Shown: positions 13,787 to 26,845, counted from the first letter of the stretch. The stretch is 64,000 nucleotides of DNA from Octopus sinensis (GCF_006345805.1 NC_043003.1:73842001-73906000), one strand, 5' to 3'. Notes: generated by a model not told the origin, from the sequence alone. Numbers and translations: made by a program.

Positions 13787-14824
13787 AAGGCTTATAAAGG
13801 CTTTCCCGGCGGGGTGTCGAATGGACAGATATCATGTTATATACTACGAGAAAGGAGCCTCAAATTTTCAAGAGTGTGTGACATGAAATATTTCCCCCCA
13901 TTTATGTTTTTATTTAAATTTTTGCTGGTGTATATTGCTTTCTGGACAGAACTGACATACTTCTAGAACTACAGGAGATATATTGTTTCCGGTTTTCTGT
14001 AATCTAATTGTAGCATAACGTGTAACAGTAGAGAAGTCACTAGTTCACTATATTTTACATATTTTCCTATGATATAAAGTCTCTTACTTTTATAATGGTA
14101 TGTGATTCTGCGCATAGAACGCTGTGTCATAACGCATTACATACATTTTTACCAATCAAATTGTGATACTTTTTTAAAATACTTCTTTATTGTGTCGATA
14201 TTCGTATCTAGTTATGTTACATAACGGTATGTAACTCCAAACTCTAATCATTTTTCCTATTGTTTGACAGTAATCAACGATTTTTAGAAAATTTAAACAA
14301 CAGCATGAAAATATAAGGACAAATATAACGCCCCAAATCTAAATATGATATATCACGAATGCTATGTCCCAAAAACAAACACGTGAATACATAATAGTAA
14401 ATAAACAATCGATAACATATGTTTATAAATTATCATGGTGCTAATAATCAATATAGGTAAATACAATGGGCTAATTAACAATAGAAACAAGCATTTGAAA
14501 ATTTTTTATACGCAATGAATGTAAAATGCAACAGGTTCAGAAATTCTTCTATGATTGAAAATCTTTAGTAATATGAAAATAACATGATATTGCACTCTAA
14601 TGTTTTGCAGTAAATTATTGCCATTTATTAAATATGATTCAGTTGTAGTAAATATTCGTAAATACAACAAATGTTTACTTGTCAAAGAAAATAATTCATT
14701 GATTTGGTCACCGATTTTGACACTCTCACACTATAATTACTCGTGCGTACGTGTGGCTTATCGCGTACGTGCGTGTATCTTATTGCGTACCTACGTGTGT
14801 GTGAGTGTCTGTATGTGTGTATAT

Positions 14825-14995
14825 TAGCAAACCAGGCAAAATGTATAGCGGCGTTTCGTCCGTCTTTATGTCAAATTCTGGTCAACACTTCATCCTTTCT
14901 TGGTTGATAAAGTAAGTACTGTGGTCGGTGTGATCGATTTTCCCCATCCATCAAAATTTCGGGTCTTGTGCCTTTGGTTGAAAGAATTATTATTA
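14825..14995 (+). mobile_element. SINE S2, decayed, with a triplet-repeat tail
   Basis: CCAGGCAAAATGTATAGCGGCGTTTCGTCCGTC...GGTCGGTGTGATCGATTT...GTGCCTTTGGTTGAAAGAATTATT. Confidence 0.65.
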
Positions 14996-15066
14996 ATATT
15001 CTTCTTCTTCTTCTTCTTCTTCTTCTTCTTCTTCTTCTTCTTCTTCTTCTTCTTCTTCTTCTTCTT

Positions 15067-15097
<31 letters not shown>

Positions 15098-15151
15098 TTA
15101 TTATTATTATATTATTATTATTATTATTAGTAGTAGTAGTAGTAGTAGTAA

Positions 15152-15192
<41 letters not shown>

Positions 15193-15275
15193 TAGTAGTA
15201 GTAGTAGTTGCTGTTGTTGCTGTTGTCGTTGTTGTTTTTGTTCTTGTTATTGTTGTTGCAGTTGCTGCTTTTGTT
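14990..15275. repeat. Compound triplet microsatellite (TTC)n-(TTA)n-(TAG)n-(TTG/CTG)n
   Basis: Directly visible; explains the poly-R/F/L/Y/T ORFs. Confidence 0.97.
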
Positions 15276-15883
15276 GCTGTGCATTATAAACTCACACGCG
15301 CATCAAAGCCGGCGCTAGAAGGAAGAAGCGTTTCCTGAATACAACAGGTCCACTCGTTTACCAAGAATTCAAATAAAAATATTCCTCAAAATCACCGTGT
15401 GCATATGCTTTGTTTATTCATAGTTGATCAAATTGTTCTATGAAACAGGGGTTAAATCCTACCAAAAGGTAACAGTTGAAATATTATTTTGCTCTTTGAC
15501 CAATTTTATCCGATAAGGACTAGATATACATCTATTGATACAAAAATTGTAGAAGGAATCTGTTAGTCTTCTTAAGATGTCTAGAAGAAATTTCGAATAG
15601 TAGTGCACTGAAGCAGCAATACAAAAGTCTGGATTCGAGAAGACATTTAAAAACGTGAACGCGGACGTTGTAGCATATCTGTCGGGAAAATGAGCGGTGA
15701 ACTAGAGGTAAATGCAGAGGGGAAAAGTTTTAGAAATCACCGTTACACAAAGTAGTCACATTCATCATTTGTCCTCCCTCCAGGAGTGTTGCGTCTTGTC
15801 ATGCATTTTGAAAGAAATTTTTGCACGCAGACAAATAGCCAGGGCCTGATTACATCCGTTGGTAAAGTCTTTGAATATTTATG

Positions 15884-16046
15884 GGAGCAGGCGTGGCTAC
15901 GTGATACGAAGTTTGCTTCCCGACCACATGGTTCCAGGTTCAACCCAATTGCGTGACATTGGGTAAATGTTTTCTACCATAAGTTCAGACCGACAAAAGC
16001 CTTTTGAGTGAAATTTATAAACGGAAACTAAAAAGATCCCGTTGCA
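15884..16046 (+). mobile_element. SINE S1, 5' half
   Basis: GGAGCAGGCGTGGCTACGTG...CACATGGTTCCAGGTTCAACCC...AAACGGAAACTAAAAAGATCCCGT, ending at its internal (TA)n. Confidence 0.75.
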
Positions 16047-16066
16047 TATATATATATATATATATA

Positions 16067-16441
16067 TTGTGACGCATATTTGCCATTTGAATATGGCTAA
16101 CCCCTAAGGGTTGATGCTACTGTAGTTTGTAGCCTCAGGAAGATATCTCCTCCAGCTGGCTATAGACACACTATCTGTGTCCTCTCAGTATTTGTGAAGG
16201 GAGCTGACTTCTCGTCGACAACCATGATTGTCACACGCTGATGATAGGTAAACACCTTGAAACTCGAGTCCGTGTGTATCATGAGTTGAAGACGGGGAGG
16301 ATGACTTCCCTTCACAAATACTGAGAGGACACAGATAGTGTGTCTATAGCCAGCTGGAGGAGATATCTTCCTGGGGCTACAAACTACAGTAACATCCACC
16401 CTTAGGGTTAGCCATATTGAAATGGCAAATATGCGTCACGA
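16067..16441 (+). mobile_element. MITE-like fold-back element with ~136-bp inverted arms and an apical hammerhead
   Basis: Arms 16067-16202 and 16307-16441 differ by 5 substitutions and 1 indel. Inserted at (TA)n (left TA, right TG). Confidence 0.9.
16232..16276 (+). ncRNA. Minimal type-I hammerhead ribozyme motif
   Basis: CACACG-CTGATGA-T-AGGT(AAAC)ACCT-T-GAAA-C(TCGA)G-TC-CGTGTG: 6-bp helix I, intact core, palindromic helix III, GUC site (cut after 16270). The 10.1/11.1 position is U.U rather than G-C. Confidence 0.8.
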
Positions 16442-16633
16442 TGTGTTACCGCTACTGTTTATAACTCGCTATGAGATTTATCATTATATATATATATATA
16501 TATATATATATAAGATCAATCAGCCGAAATTATACGGATGACCCGGTACTTGACTGAGGATAAGAAGCTTCGAATGACCTGTCCTTGTTCTTTTGTATCG
16601 TCGATCTGGATTATTTGTTGTCCCTTTTTGTAT

Positions 16634-16757
16634 TACACACACACACCCACACACACACACACACACACCCACACACACACACACACACCCACACACACAC
16701 ACCCACACCCACACACACCACACACACACACACACCCCACACACACACACCCACACC

Positions 16758-16790
<33 letters not shown>

Positions 16791-16850
16791 GTGTGTGTGT
16801 GTGGTGTGTGTGTGTGTGTGTGCATCCGTGTGTATGCGTGTGTGTTTGTC
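16634..16850. repeat. (CA)n-(TA)n-(TG)n compound microsatellite
   Basis: Directly visible. Confidence 0.95.
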
Positions 16851-19800
16851 TGTAAGTGTGTGGTGTTTGTTTGCATTTGTTCTCTACTTTTGCTTGACAA
16901 CAATTTTCGAATTTTAATTTCATATTTCAAGGCGCATGAAAATATAATTGTGTGGGCTTCTGATATAAAAGAACTTTCTCATCTGCGAGAATCGGCTAAA
17001 TAAAAGTGCCTATCATTTTATCTTCAACAAATATTGTTTAAAAAGGAACTGTTTCATGAATAACGAAATTTCTACTCGAAGTTATTTCATCGCAAATCAA
17101 ATGCAGGATTGAAACGTCTATAAATGTCAAGTGAACTCTTACAAGGATTGTTACTCCTATTGCTTGCCATGCATTTCCTGATTAGTTTAATTATAATTCG
17201 TCAGCCACTATCTAGCATGTTTTCTCTCTATAATTCTACTTCGATTTAAAAAAAATGTAGTTCTTTTATATCGTGACCCAACATATTTGTTTTCAAAAGA
17301 TTTTAAATGTCAAAGCAGAATTTGGAAATTGTAAAATGCTATTAATTTAATGGAAGTAGCAATCTCAAAGATCTGTCATACAACCTAAATGTATCACAGT
17401 GTAATCCAAAATTCTACTGCAGACTGCTGGACAAATGTTGTATGGAAACACCCACGGAAGCTCTGATTGAAAATATATGCCTTTTTTTTTTGGCATAGAA
17501 GTACCATGGATCTGAGTCAATAACCAATTAAGCCAGAACAACACTAAAAAAACGTCAGTTATTAGTTTACATATCAAAGATTAAGGCACAGATGTAAATA
17601 TTTAAAATGTGAAAGCACCGTAGGTTGTATTGATTCACATGACTTAACCAACAACATGTACATACTGTGGAAACGATTTAACGTCAAATCTTTAGATAAC
17701 AAGCCGTCAGTGAATATACTTGATATTAGAGCAGCTAAAATGAACAAACGGAAGGCAAAGAACAGTTCCATGTCATGACATATGGAAAATATATTTCTAC
17801 AGTACTCTACGTAGACATTTATGAAATTGGGAATTTTCATAATCCTTCATATTATTTTCTTAAACCCATACATAACCCTGCCAGATTTTCGAATTACGTC
17901 TGAACAGTCAGCTGTGTTACTTCTTAAATCTTAAATTCTAGAGAGACACAAAAGATAGAAACTGACGCAAATAAAGTGATCTGGGCGGAGCTGTAAAGAA
18001 GAAAAAATCACATTACTTTCATCAACGTGATATTTGTTTAAACATGAGCACAAATCATCGAAAGAAGTTACTTGGAAAAATTACCTATTACCCAAGTGGA
18101 AACCATCGAATTTGTTCGGGTCGAAGAAAATCTATGCACAGACGTGCTTTACTTGACGTATTCTTCACTCTTTAGATTGTATAAAATATCTTCTACAATC
18201 ATTCATCAAATTTATTTGTATTTTGTTCAATCCAAGACGATTTTTTCTTCCTTCATCGCTATAATGTCTCATTTAATGAAGTATAAATTTCCACCAAAAG
18301 TTTCTCTTATAAATTTCCCTTCACATTTTAACATGAAATGATTTTTTTTTTACCATTGCCTTTGGTATTACAGGCAAAGAAATTAATTACACTGTTTGAG
18401 GTGGAGTAACACACCTCAACTTACTGACACCGTAAAATTTATATAATGAAGACCTAAAAACTTGGAAACAGAAAATATGTGAGATACATTCAATGATCTA
18501 ATGCTCTAACAGTTGTTCCGGATGAAATGAAAGGAAAATTATGGAAATACACAGAAATCAGAGCTTTCTCGGCGCCGAACTCTAAAGAAATGCTGGCACT
18601 TGAACAGAAGTGGAAATAGATTAAGAAAAAAGTTACGTATGGGGATACGAAATTTGGACAACAGGGTAGAAACAGTGAATAACAGAGATAACACGAGTGA
18701 AATATGTGAGGTCACGGCAATTTCAACACCAACACCAACACACACACACACTCACGCATGCACATACACACACACTCACGCACACTTCAATAAATATATA
18801 GAGAGGTAGATAGATACTTAGTTGTGGTTACCCTCGTCATTTAATTGTATAGGATAGAATCGTCTAGCTAGAAGTCAAATTTATTTAGTTACTTTTTTAG
18901 AGAAGCAATTTTGAACTTGCGATAGGAAAGAACTTATCTTAGAATCTGATTTTTATTTTTCATACCACTTAAAGGGTCGTTAAATTGATATTCCGTCCTG
19001 AAGTATGAGATACTTGCATAGAATTATTCCCTTCTACTTGTAACGTGTAAGTACCTGGCAGTCGGGAACTTCTACAGAATACTATATTATTTCGCAATGC
19101 AATACCAGATAGTGGAAGGGAAGAATACTCAGTAAAGAGATGTTTAGGTAAGTTACCTGAAAACAATGCGTTGGCAATATTTTGATATTGCTCCTAAGTT
19201 GTACACATACGCGTGTATATTTATATAGAGTCTTGTATTTATGTATACGCTGTTTATATATGAGGACTTATCTTTAATGACCTCTTCATACGTAAGCACA
19301 AATTATAATTTATACAATCCGCTATGAAATAAGTTTAACCAAGTCGTACTGACTAAAAGGTAATTATCTTTTAGTCAGTGCTAATCGGCTAAACTTGTTT
19401 GATTGCAGATTGTACAAAGGATATATTTTTATATGTGTGGGTATTTCTTATAGTGACTGGGTTAAGTACGATTTGCCAGCAATTTCTTCTTTATTGGATG
19501 TTATAAAAAAGTGATGCTAGGGAAATTGAAATATTGATTTCAGTTATTAAGAATATGTAATTATTTAACAAAGCAGAGATAGAGATGAAGAAAAAGTGAG
19601 AGCAAAAGGGGTAAGCGAGAGATGGGGAAGGTGAAAGACATACAATCAAAGGGGGCGATATATATATATATATATATTTGAAATGGTAATATGAATGAGC
19701 GATAGGTGTTGCAGGACAGGTAGATTGGGGATGGTAAGAGAGAAAAGAAATGAACGAAAACATTTAACTCGTTGGATATTCATTTTCGTGCGAGAGAGAA

Positions 19801-20629
19801 GAGAAGAGAACAGAAAAAAGATGAACTAGGAGAATTAGAAAAGTAAAGAAAGTGAAGGAGGAAAAGAATCAAAAGAGGAACAAAAATGGCGGTCATCAGG
19901 ATGGAAGAAATAAGAAAAGAAACAGAAGAAGAAGAGAAATATGAAGTACATGACAAAGAGAAAACCATTTATAATGGCTATGTATAAAGATATCAGAAGA
20001 AAGTGCGCGGACGATTATTAAATATTTGAATTATAATACTCACAAATGGGATTAATCAGTCAAGCGTGGATAGATTTTTTTCAAAATGGAACTAAATTTT
20101 GTTGTGGGCGGTTTATAGCCTGAGACTGATTTGTCACAAGACGGAAGATGTAGTAGAAGCTGAGGCAGAAAATAAAAAAAAGTGAAATATTAAGAACATT
20201 AATTGTACGTGTGGGTCATTGGAAGTATATACAAAAGTATCAGATCACCATGCATTTACACGGATATTTATAAATATATAGTCGCAATTAGACTGTCCAG
20301 TATTTTCATTGTTGAGCTAAGTCCGCTCAGTAGTCCTGGGGTGACACAGAACCCCATCTGAAAGTGAGCATTTTTGTAAGAATTTGTTCGCGTAAAACGC
20401 TTTCTTTAACCATCTTACTCTTTGATGATGCCATAAAGTAACATGTAAGGAGGGAGAAAAATGTTATGTTACCTAGCGTATTTCTCCTTCCAAACAGTGT
20501 CTGTCAAATCACTGGTGTAGTAAAGATTCCAGAATATATCAGCTTCTTGCAGGATTTAATATTATGAACAGAATGTTTTGTCAGTCAATTAACCAAACTT
20601 TGAATATCATTACCTTATTTTACGTGCAC

Positions 20630-21864
20630 TGTGGGGTTTCGTTTTCAAGTTTTCTTCCGAAGAGTAGGCTATAAGTGCTGCCTATTTTACTGTGCATGTG
20701 ACAAAATTTAGAGGGATGAAAATAAGGCAGTGTGCCGAGTAACATGTCTTTACTTCCCATGTATTGAAAACTGTTTTTATGATCAAGTATATGCCGTAGT
20801 CTGCGATTATGTCATAGACAGCAAGTTGGAAATAAGATCCAAAGTGAAATCTTGCATTAACTTTGGCAAGTCTGTTACAACGACATTGAACATATTTTGG
20901 CAAGGTGAGGGCGAGGAGGCAATGGGCCGTAAGCAATATTTTAGTTAAAAAACTCAGAAGAACCACTCTGGAAGACGATGAGTGACCTGAAAAACTTGCC
21001 ACAAACGTCAACCCCGGAAATGCGGAGGAAATTCATCAGGTTCTGGAAGAGGATAGTCGCAGAACAATCAAATACATTATTTATATTGTTGATCTGTCAA
21101 ATGCGTCTGTGAATGCAGTCCTAACATCTGAATAGAACATACTGCGTGTCTCTGTCAGGTTTTCCCTCTGCCTACTGACCATTCAGGAGGAAAAACAACT
21201 CGTCGAAGTCTGACAAGATCTACGTCAGCGCACCGCTGATGGTGTACGGCTATGACCTTCAGACAAACCAGCAGTTGTCACAATGGAAGCGCTCTTCGTC
21301 TCCACAACCAAAGAAGCCACGACAGAGCTGTAACATGGTCATCGACTTTTGGGAGATGTGCATTGGGAATTCGTCCTCCAGGCCAGACCGTTAATCGAGA
21401 GTTCTACGGCGACGACCGGAAGCGTTTAAGGGAGGACATTCGGCAAAAGAAACTGGACCTCTGGGACGCGAAGAATTGGATTCTTGAGGGCTGCAATGCA
21501 CCGAGTCACCGAGCTTTACTCACTCGTGTGTCTCTCTAAAAAAACTACATGATATCGGTTCTGCACCCACTCTATTCACCAGATTCAACACCTGCAGACT
21601 TCCATCTCCTCCCAAGGATGAAAAGCCAGCTCAAAGGTCATCATTTTAACAGCGTTGTCGAGATCAAGAGCGAATCGCAAAAGGACCTGGACTCGCTTAC
21701 AGAAAAAGACTTCCAAACAGGATTCCAAACGTGATAGGAACGCTGGAACTGGTGTCTTGCAGTATATAGTGTTTATTTCGAAGGATATGATGGGAGAACT
21801 TAGGTAAATAAGTTATTATATATCAAACACAACTAGTCCGGAAAATGTTTGATACCACCTCTTA
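20630..21864 (+). mobile_element. Mariner (DD34D) transposon remnant
   Basis: Fragments KLEIRSKVKSCINFGKS, TLEDDE, RPPGQTVNREFY, NAPSHRAL, LHPLYSPDSTPADFHLLPRMKSQLKG and YFEG; right TIR AGTCCGGAAAATGTTTGATACCACCTCT followed by TA. Confidence 0.88.
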
Positions 21865-22848
21865 TGCAGGTTGATAAGTAGGTAGGTAGATAGATGCGCC
21901 GGTAGACAGGCAATAAGATAAGCAAACAGGCAAACGAGAGCGATACATATTTGGAAGATAGACTAGTAGACAGAAACTACGTCTGAACGTATACAGATAA
22001 CTAATATATATCTCCACTGTTGTAATATTATTACAACATCATATATCATTAAACGTAGAATTATATTTATGTTCGTCAATTGTATTAAAATGCCTTCATT
22101 TGATAAGTATGAAGACCATAAAATCAGAATTGGTCAAGTCTTAACAACTCTTCTCACAGTATAAGGTTACGTGAGATTTTGGTTGATATATCAGTGAATG
22201 GTGGATGAATACTAAAATTAAAAGTTGGAGTAGCAGAATATGATTAAATGCAATGCTATTTGGTAGACGAGAAATTAAAAATTTAATAACATTAATTAGT
22301 CATTCTGTCTTATCTAATGCAAATATAATGAAATTAAATTAAAGCTAAATGAAATGGAAATCCGTATACTGCAACTGATATGGGATGCTATCAGTAATGT
22401 AATATATGGTATAGAAACGTCATCTGTTGTAAAGTGTCTGCAGAATAGTATATAGCTTTCAGAGCACAAATCTGTAGCTGAAGCAAGGTTCGAGATAAGG
22501 GCTGTGTGAGATATTTAGTTTATGAAAACTGTGAGGAAGCCAGTAGGTGGAGCAATATCCGATTTTATGCAGGATACATCATGCATCAATACCCCACACT
22601 AGTATTTTTTGTCGTCAGAAATCGAGCCGGATTTTAGGACTGAGTAAATTTTCTACTCTTCCTGCTAACATACATCGCAGGCCGGAAAGTAATCATAGAT
22701 ACTGACTACTCACCCACGACTAGCATTAAAAATGAAGCAGAAATTCTTTATATACGTATTTGCACATTAACACAACTAACATTCAGTTTACTCTTGCTCA
22801 CACGTCTTATTTCCCGTTGAAATAAACACATAATAAATAGTATATATA

Positions 22849-24200
22849 TCAGGTCATTAACAATGTATGTTTATTTTACTTTATCTCAACAAAATGCAAT
22901 ACAGTTAATCAAAAAATGTACCTAAATTATCAACACAATTTTGTCATTTTATCGCTAGCTTATTTATTATTTCTTTACTGCCCAGAAGGGGCTACACATA
23001 GAGGGCAAAAACCAGGACAGACAAACGGATTAAGTCAATTACATCGACCCCAGTGCGTAACTGATACTTATTTAATCGACCCCGAAAGAATGAAAGGAAA
23101 AGTCTACCTCGGCGGAATCTGAACCCAGAACGCAGCGGCAGATGAAATACCGCTAAGCGCTTCGCCCGGCGTGCTAATATTGCTGCCAGCTCGCCGCCTT
23201 TAGTATAGCTTATTTTTGCCGGCAGCGAAGAATTCTGGAGAGCAAGAGTTAAAGAAATCACGAAAGGCTGATTTTTCATCTTTGGATTTGAAGTTTGTCC
23301 TTGCAGAATGCTGTCTAATTCTTAGAAAAAGTGATGCAAGGTCTAGGGAATTTGGTGGATGATAGACTGCCCCCGAGTTCAGTTCCTGTAACTTGAGTAG
23401 CGTTCTTTGCGCAACATGTTGACGAGTTGTCTTGTAAGAGAATTGGCCTGTCTCTATTGACCAACCTCGGTTGTTTAATTGCAAGTTCACTCATCATTTC
23501 ATCCAATTGGTTTATGTATACATCTGCTGTAATTGACATACCATGAAGCTGCAGTGGATGACACCAGCGCTGGACCACCAGACAGATACTATTTACTTGT
23601 TTTGGTGAATATTCGTTTTTGGATTGTGTTATAGCACTTCGTCTCTATCCAACCGCCGTGTAAAATGCATACTATTATTGAAAATAACGCATTTTTCATC
23701 ACGCGTAACAATACGATGCAAAATTGGTTCGCTTTTATGCTGTGACAACAAAGAACAGCAAGTTTCAAGATGACGTGTCATTTAAAGCTCGTTCAGTTCG
23801 TGAGGTACCCACTTCTCCAGCTTCTTTTCGTTGCCGACTTGTTTCACATGTTCCTGTACAGTTGGAATTGAAACGTCAAACCTTACTACTAATTCACGTG
23901 TAGTTTGAGACGTATCCACTTCCATTACAGTTTCCAGCTCATAATTATCTACCTTGGTCCCAAGTCTACCACGGGGCTGATTTTCAAGAGTAAGGAACTT
24001 CTCAAACCATCAACGTAGAGTGCGCTCATTTACCTCACCTTCACCAAACACCTCGTTGATATTTCGAGCTGTCTGGAATGAATTAGTTTTACGACGGAAC
24101 TCATATTCATAAACAACAATAATTTTTTTATCGATCCATCGGTTCACAAAAACTGATTTACATGAGAAAATGTACAATAAACAGACCGTATGAACTGCAT
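22849..24200 (-). mobile_element. Mariner remnant, Hsmar1/cecropia-like, interrupted by a SINE
   Basis: Minus frames give YEFRRKTNSFQTARNINEVFG, KKLEKWVPHELN, LHRIVTRDEK, QPRLVNRDRPILLQDN, YHPPNSLDLAS and AFRDFFNS, then beyond the SINE NKLAIK*QNCVDNLGTFFD*. Confidence 0.9.
22966..23205 (-). mobile_element. SINE S2, full length, with 10-bp TSD
   Basis: Head AAAGGCGGCGAGCTGGCAGC; direct repeat TAGCTTATTT at 22956-22965 and 23206-23215. Confidence 0.92.
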
Positions 24201-24369
24201 TTCGAAAAGTGGTGATGTAACACCTCGTTTTTGTAAAACAAAAAAAATTCAGAATTGAACATTATAGTTATCGACTCTCAAACTTGGTGCATAAGATCGG
24301 ACATTTCATCCTTAGCGACCTCACGTATGCATGTATGTGTGTCTGTGAATATGTGTGTGCGCATGTGTC

Positions 24370-24429
<60 letters not shown>

Positions 24430-25014
24430 ATATTCTTTCTTTCTTACATTGGTCCAGTTGCAAATTCTCTGTTTCATTGTTCAGTCATCCTTATATTTTC
24501 TCTTACCCTCTCACTTCTATTCTACCCTTTCTATTTGTCTCTAATACTCTGCAAGGAAACATTTTATTGCAGAACCGCCAATTGGAAAGCACCCAGTCTT
24601 ACCGTCAAGTGTGCAAATGTGAATAGTATCAATTTGGTTGATAACTGATGAAGAATTACAGACCCTTTGTTGGTCTCCCGTTCGTTTTTACATTCAATAC
24701 ACGTTACGTCATTTGTTTATACATTTTGTCAAATATAGGTTCTATATGCAGAATCCCGTGCACATTGAGATACACTTTCACACACACAGACGCACACACA
24801 CACACAAATACACACACACACACAAATACACACACACACACCAAACACTTAATTTAAATTTGATTCCTGGTAAACTCTTGTCTATTTTGTTATTTTTTAT
24901 ACCCTATGAGCATAGTACACATGCATACTCATGCCCAGGTTTAACATGAGTAACGTATACCTATAGTAATAACGGATATTCATATCTCTTGGACAGTTAT
25001 TCCAACCACTATGT

Positions 25015-25328
25015 GAAGGCGCGTGGCTTATTGGTTGGAGTATTCGGCTCACGATCCTAAGTTCGCGAGTTCAATTCCCGGCCACGCGTTGTGTCCTTGA
25101 GCAAGACACTTTATTTCCCCTTGCTCTAGTTCACTTAGCTGGCAATCACTTAGCTGAAATAGCACCTCTATTTAAAAGGGCCAGCCTTGTCACACTGTAT
25201 CACGCTGAGTCTCCCTGAGAACTATGCGCCTGTACGATGCACAGCTACTTGCACGTTAATTTCACGAGCAAGCTGTCCTGTTGATCGTATCCCTGAGATC
25301 CTCGTCGTCGTAACCGACGGAGTACCTT
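25015..25328 (+). mobile_element. tRNA-derived SINE, type S4 (CORE-like)
   Basis: GAAGGCGCGTGGCTTATTGG...GAGTTCAATTCCCGG (A and B boxes), then TGTGTCCTTGAGCAAGACACTTTA; ends CGTAACCGACGGAGTACC plus (TA)n. Confidence 0.85.
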
Positions 25329-25330
25329 CA

Positions 25331-25404
<74 letters not shown>

Positions 25405-26737
25405 TGCTTTGATAGTTGGTTAGCAAGTCAAGCAACAGTTTTATATGAAGAGATCTTCACAATTGCGCCACACTGATGTGTTGGTATTCGTCCCCATTTT
25501 GGAGATATATCAATATACTTATATTTGTGTGTGTATGTCTTGTGCGTATACATAAATAGAAGGTGGCAGTCGAAGATTGACGATGGTGATTGGTAAAATA
25601 CTTCCTCATGTCTCCTTAACTTATGGTTTATTTGTTACGTATTTCATGACGTTTTAATTACACTTCCTGGAACCACTGTGTCTATAGAAACCTCAGATTA
25701 CTTTTGCGTCTAAGTTTGAATCATGAACTGATTCACGTTAATTCTGATTTTTCCATTGTATATTTCTATGACCTTCAAACTTTGTTAATTAGCTGTTTTA
25801 GATCAGGACTTCTGACGTCTTATATAAATGCGAATAGAGAGCTTGAAAGCTACACATTTAAAGGTAGATGTGTTTCACCAAGGTCGCTTAAATGTTCTTG
25901 TTATTAACCTGCGATGTTTAAGAATTTCCGCTCAAATGTTGCAAGAAAAATAACTAATTACCGGATGCAATATGGAGAAAGAAAGAAAGATTAAGATATA
26001 AGGAGAGAAAGGGGGTGATTTAGAGAAAAGAAAGAACATGATAAAGATTATGAAGGTTAAGTAATTTCGGCAATATGATTCACTGTGTAAGAAATTATAA
26101 TAGTATGTATTTATTTAATTTTTATAATTAATTCGCAACTGAATATTAAACTAGTGTTATTTAATTATCTTACATGCGTGCATGTCATATTTTATCCCTT
26201 GTATTTATTGTGGTATAACTCCTGCTAATGCTACACAGCAACATATTTTTAAAATTATGTCAAAACGTACTTAACTTCGATTTGACTTAAAATCATAAAT
26301 GCAACGCCAGATTCGCTGCGAAGTGTAACTACATTACATTAATTGCAATCATATAAAGGAGTTTGCTTCACTTAAGGGTAATAAAATTTAAAATCTGAAA
26401 CCTAAAATTACTAAATTTAATTCAAAGAACAGAAAGTTTTTGTAAAATGAAATAGACACTCAAATTACATTTAACGTAAATTAAAATAACATTTATGGAG
26501 TCTATTATTTACAATATGTATCACTGAAAACGAAATGCCAAGTGTATACATGAAGTCCTTACTACCAATTTCTTTTGGATCCTTAACCCATCAAGTAGAT
26601 TATCACCATCACTTGGTGCGAGATCTTGCTCTCTGTTGCAATAATTCAGATTACTTCTTCATCCAGTTAATAGTCACTTCTATTTTTCCATTCGTCTCTG
26701 AAGCTCTAAAATGTCATATTTTCTGTCCTATATGTAC

Positions 26738-26845
26738 TTCAACATCTCAACTTGTGGCCAATTTTCAGCATTCTCAATTGTGGCCAATTTTCAACATTCT
26801 GAATTGTGGCCAATTTTCAACATTCTAAATTGTGGCCAATTTTCA
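26738..26845. repeat. 26-bp minisatellite, ~4 copies
   Basis: The G of TTGTGGCC recurs at 26754, 26780, 26806 and 26832. Confidence 0.92.

Noticed and set aside
16510-16630. CTGAGGA-TAAG...CTTCGAAT...GTC, hammerhead-like
   Set aside because: GAAA is broken and no helix I can form.
18540-18720. RRRTLKKCWHLNR peptide, possible RTE fragment
   Set aside because: Too short and weak to call.
19490-19970. Purine-rich tract resembling the 2330-3050 Penelope-like remnant
   Set aside because: Only compositional similarity; no motif recovered.
24645-24690. CTGATGA followed by an AGACC/GGTCT stem
   Set aside because: No downstream GAAA or cleavage site.
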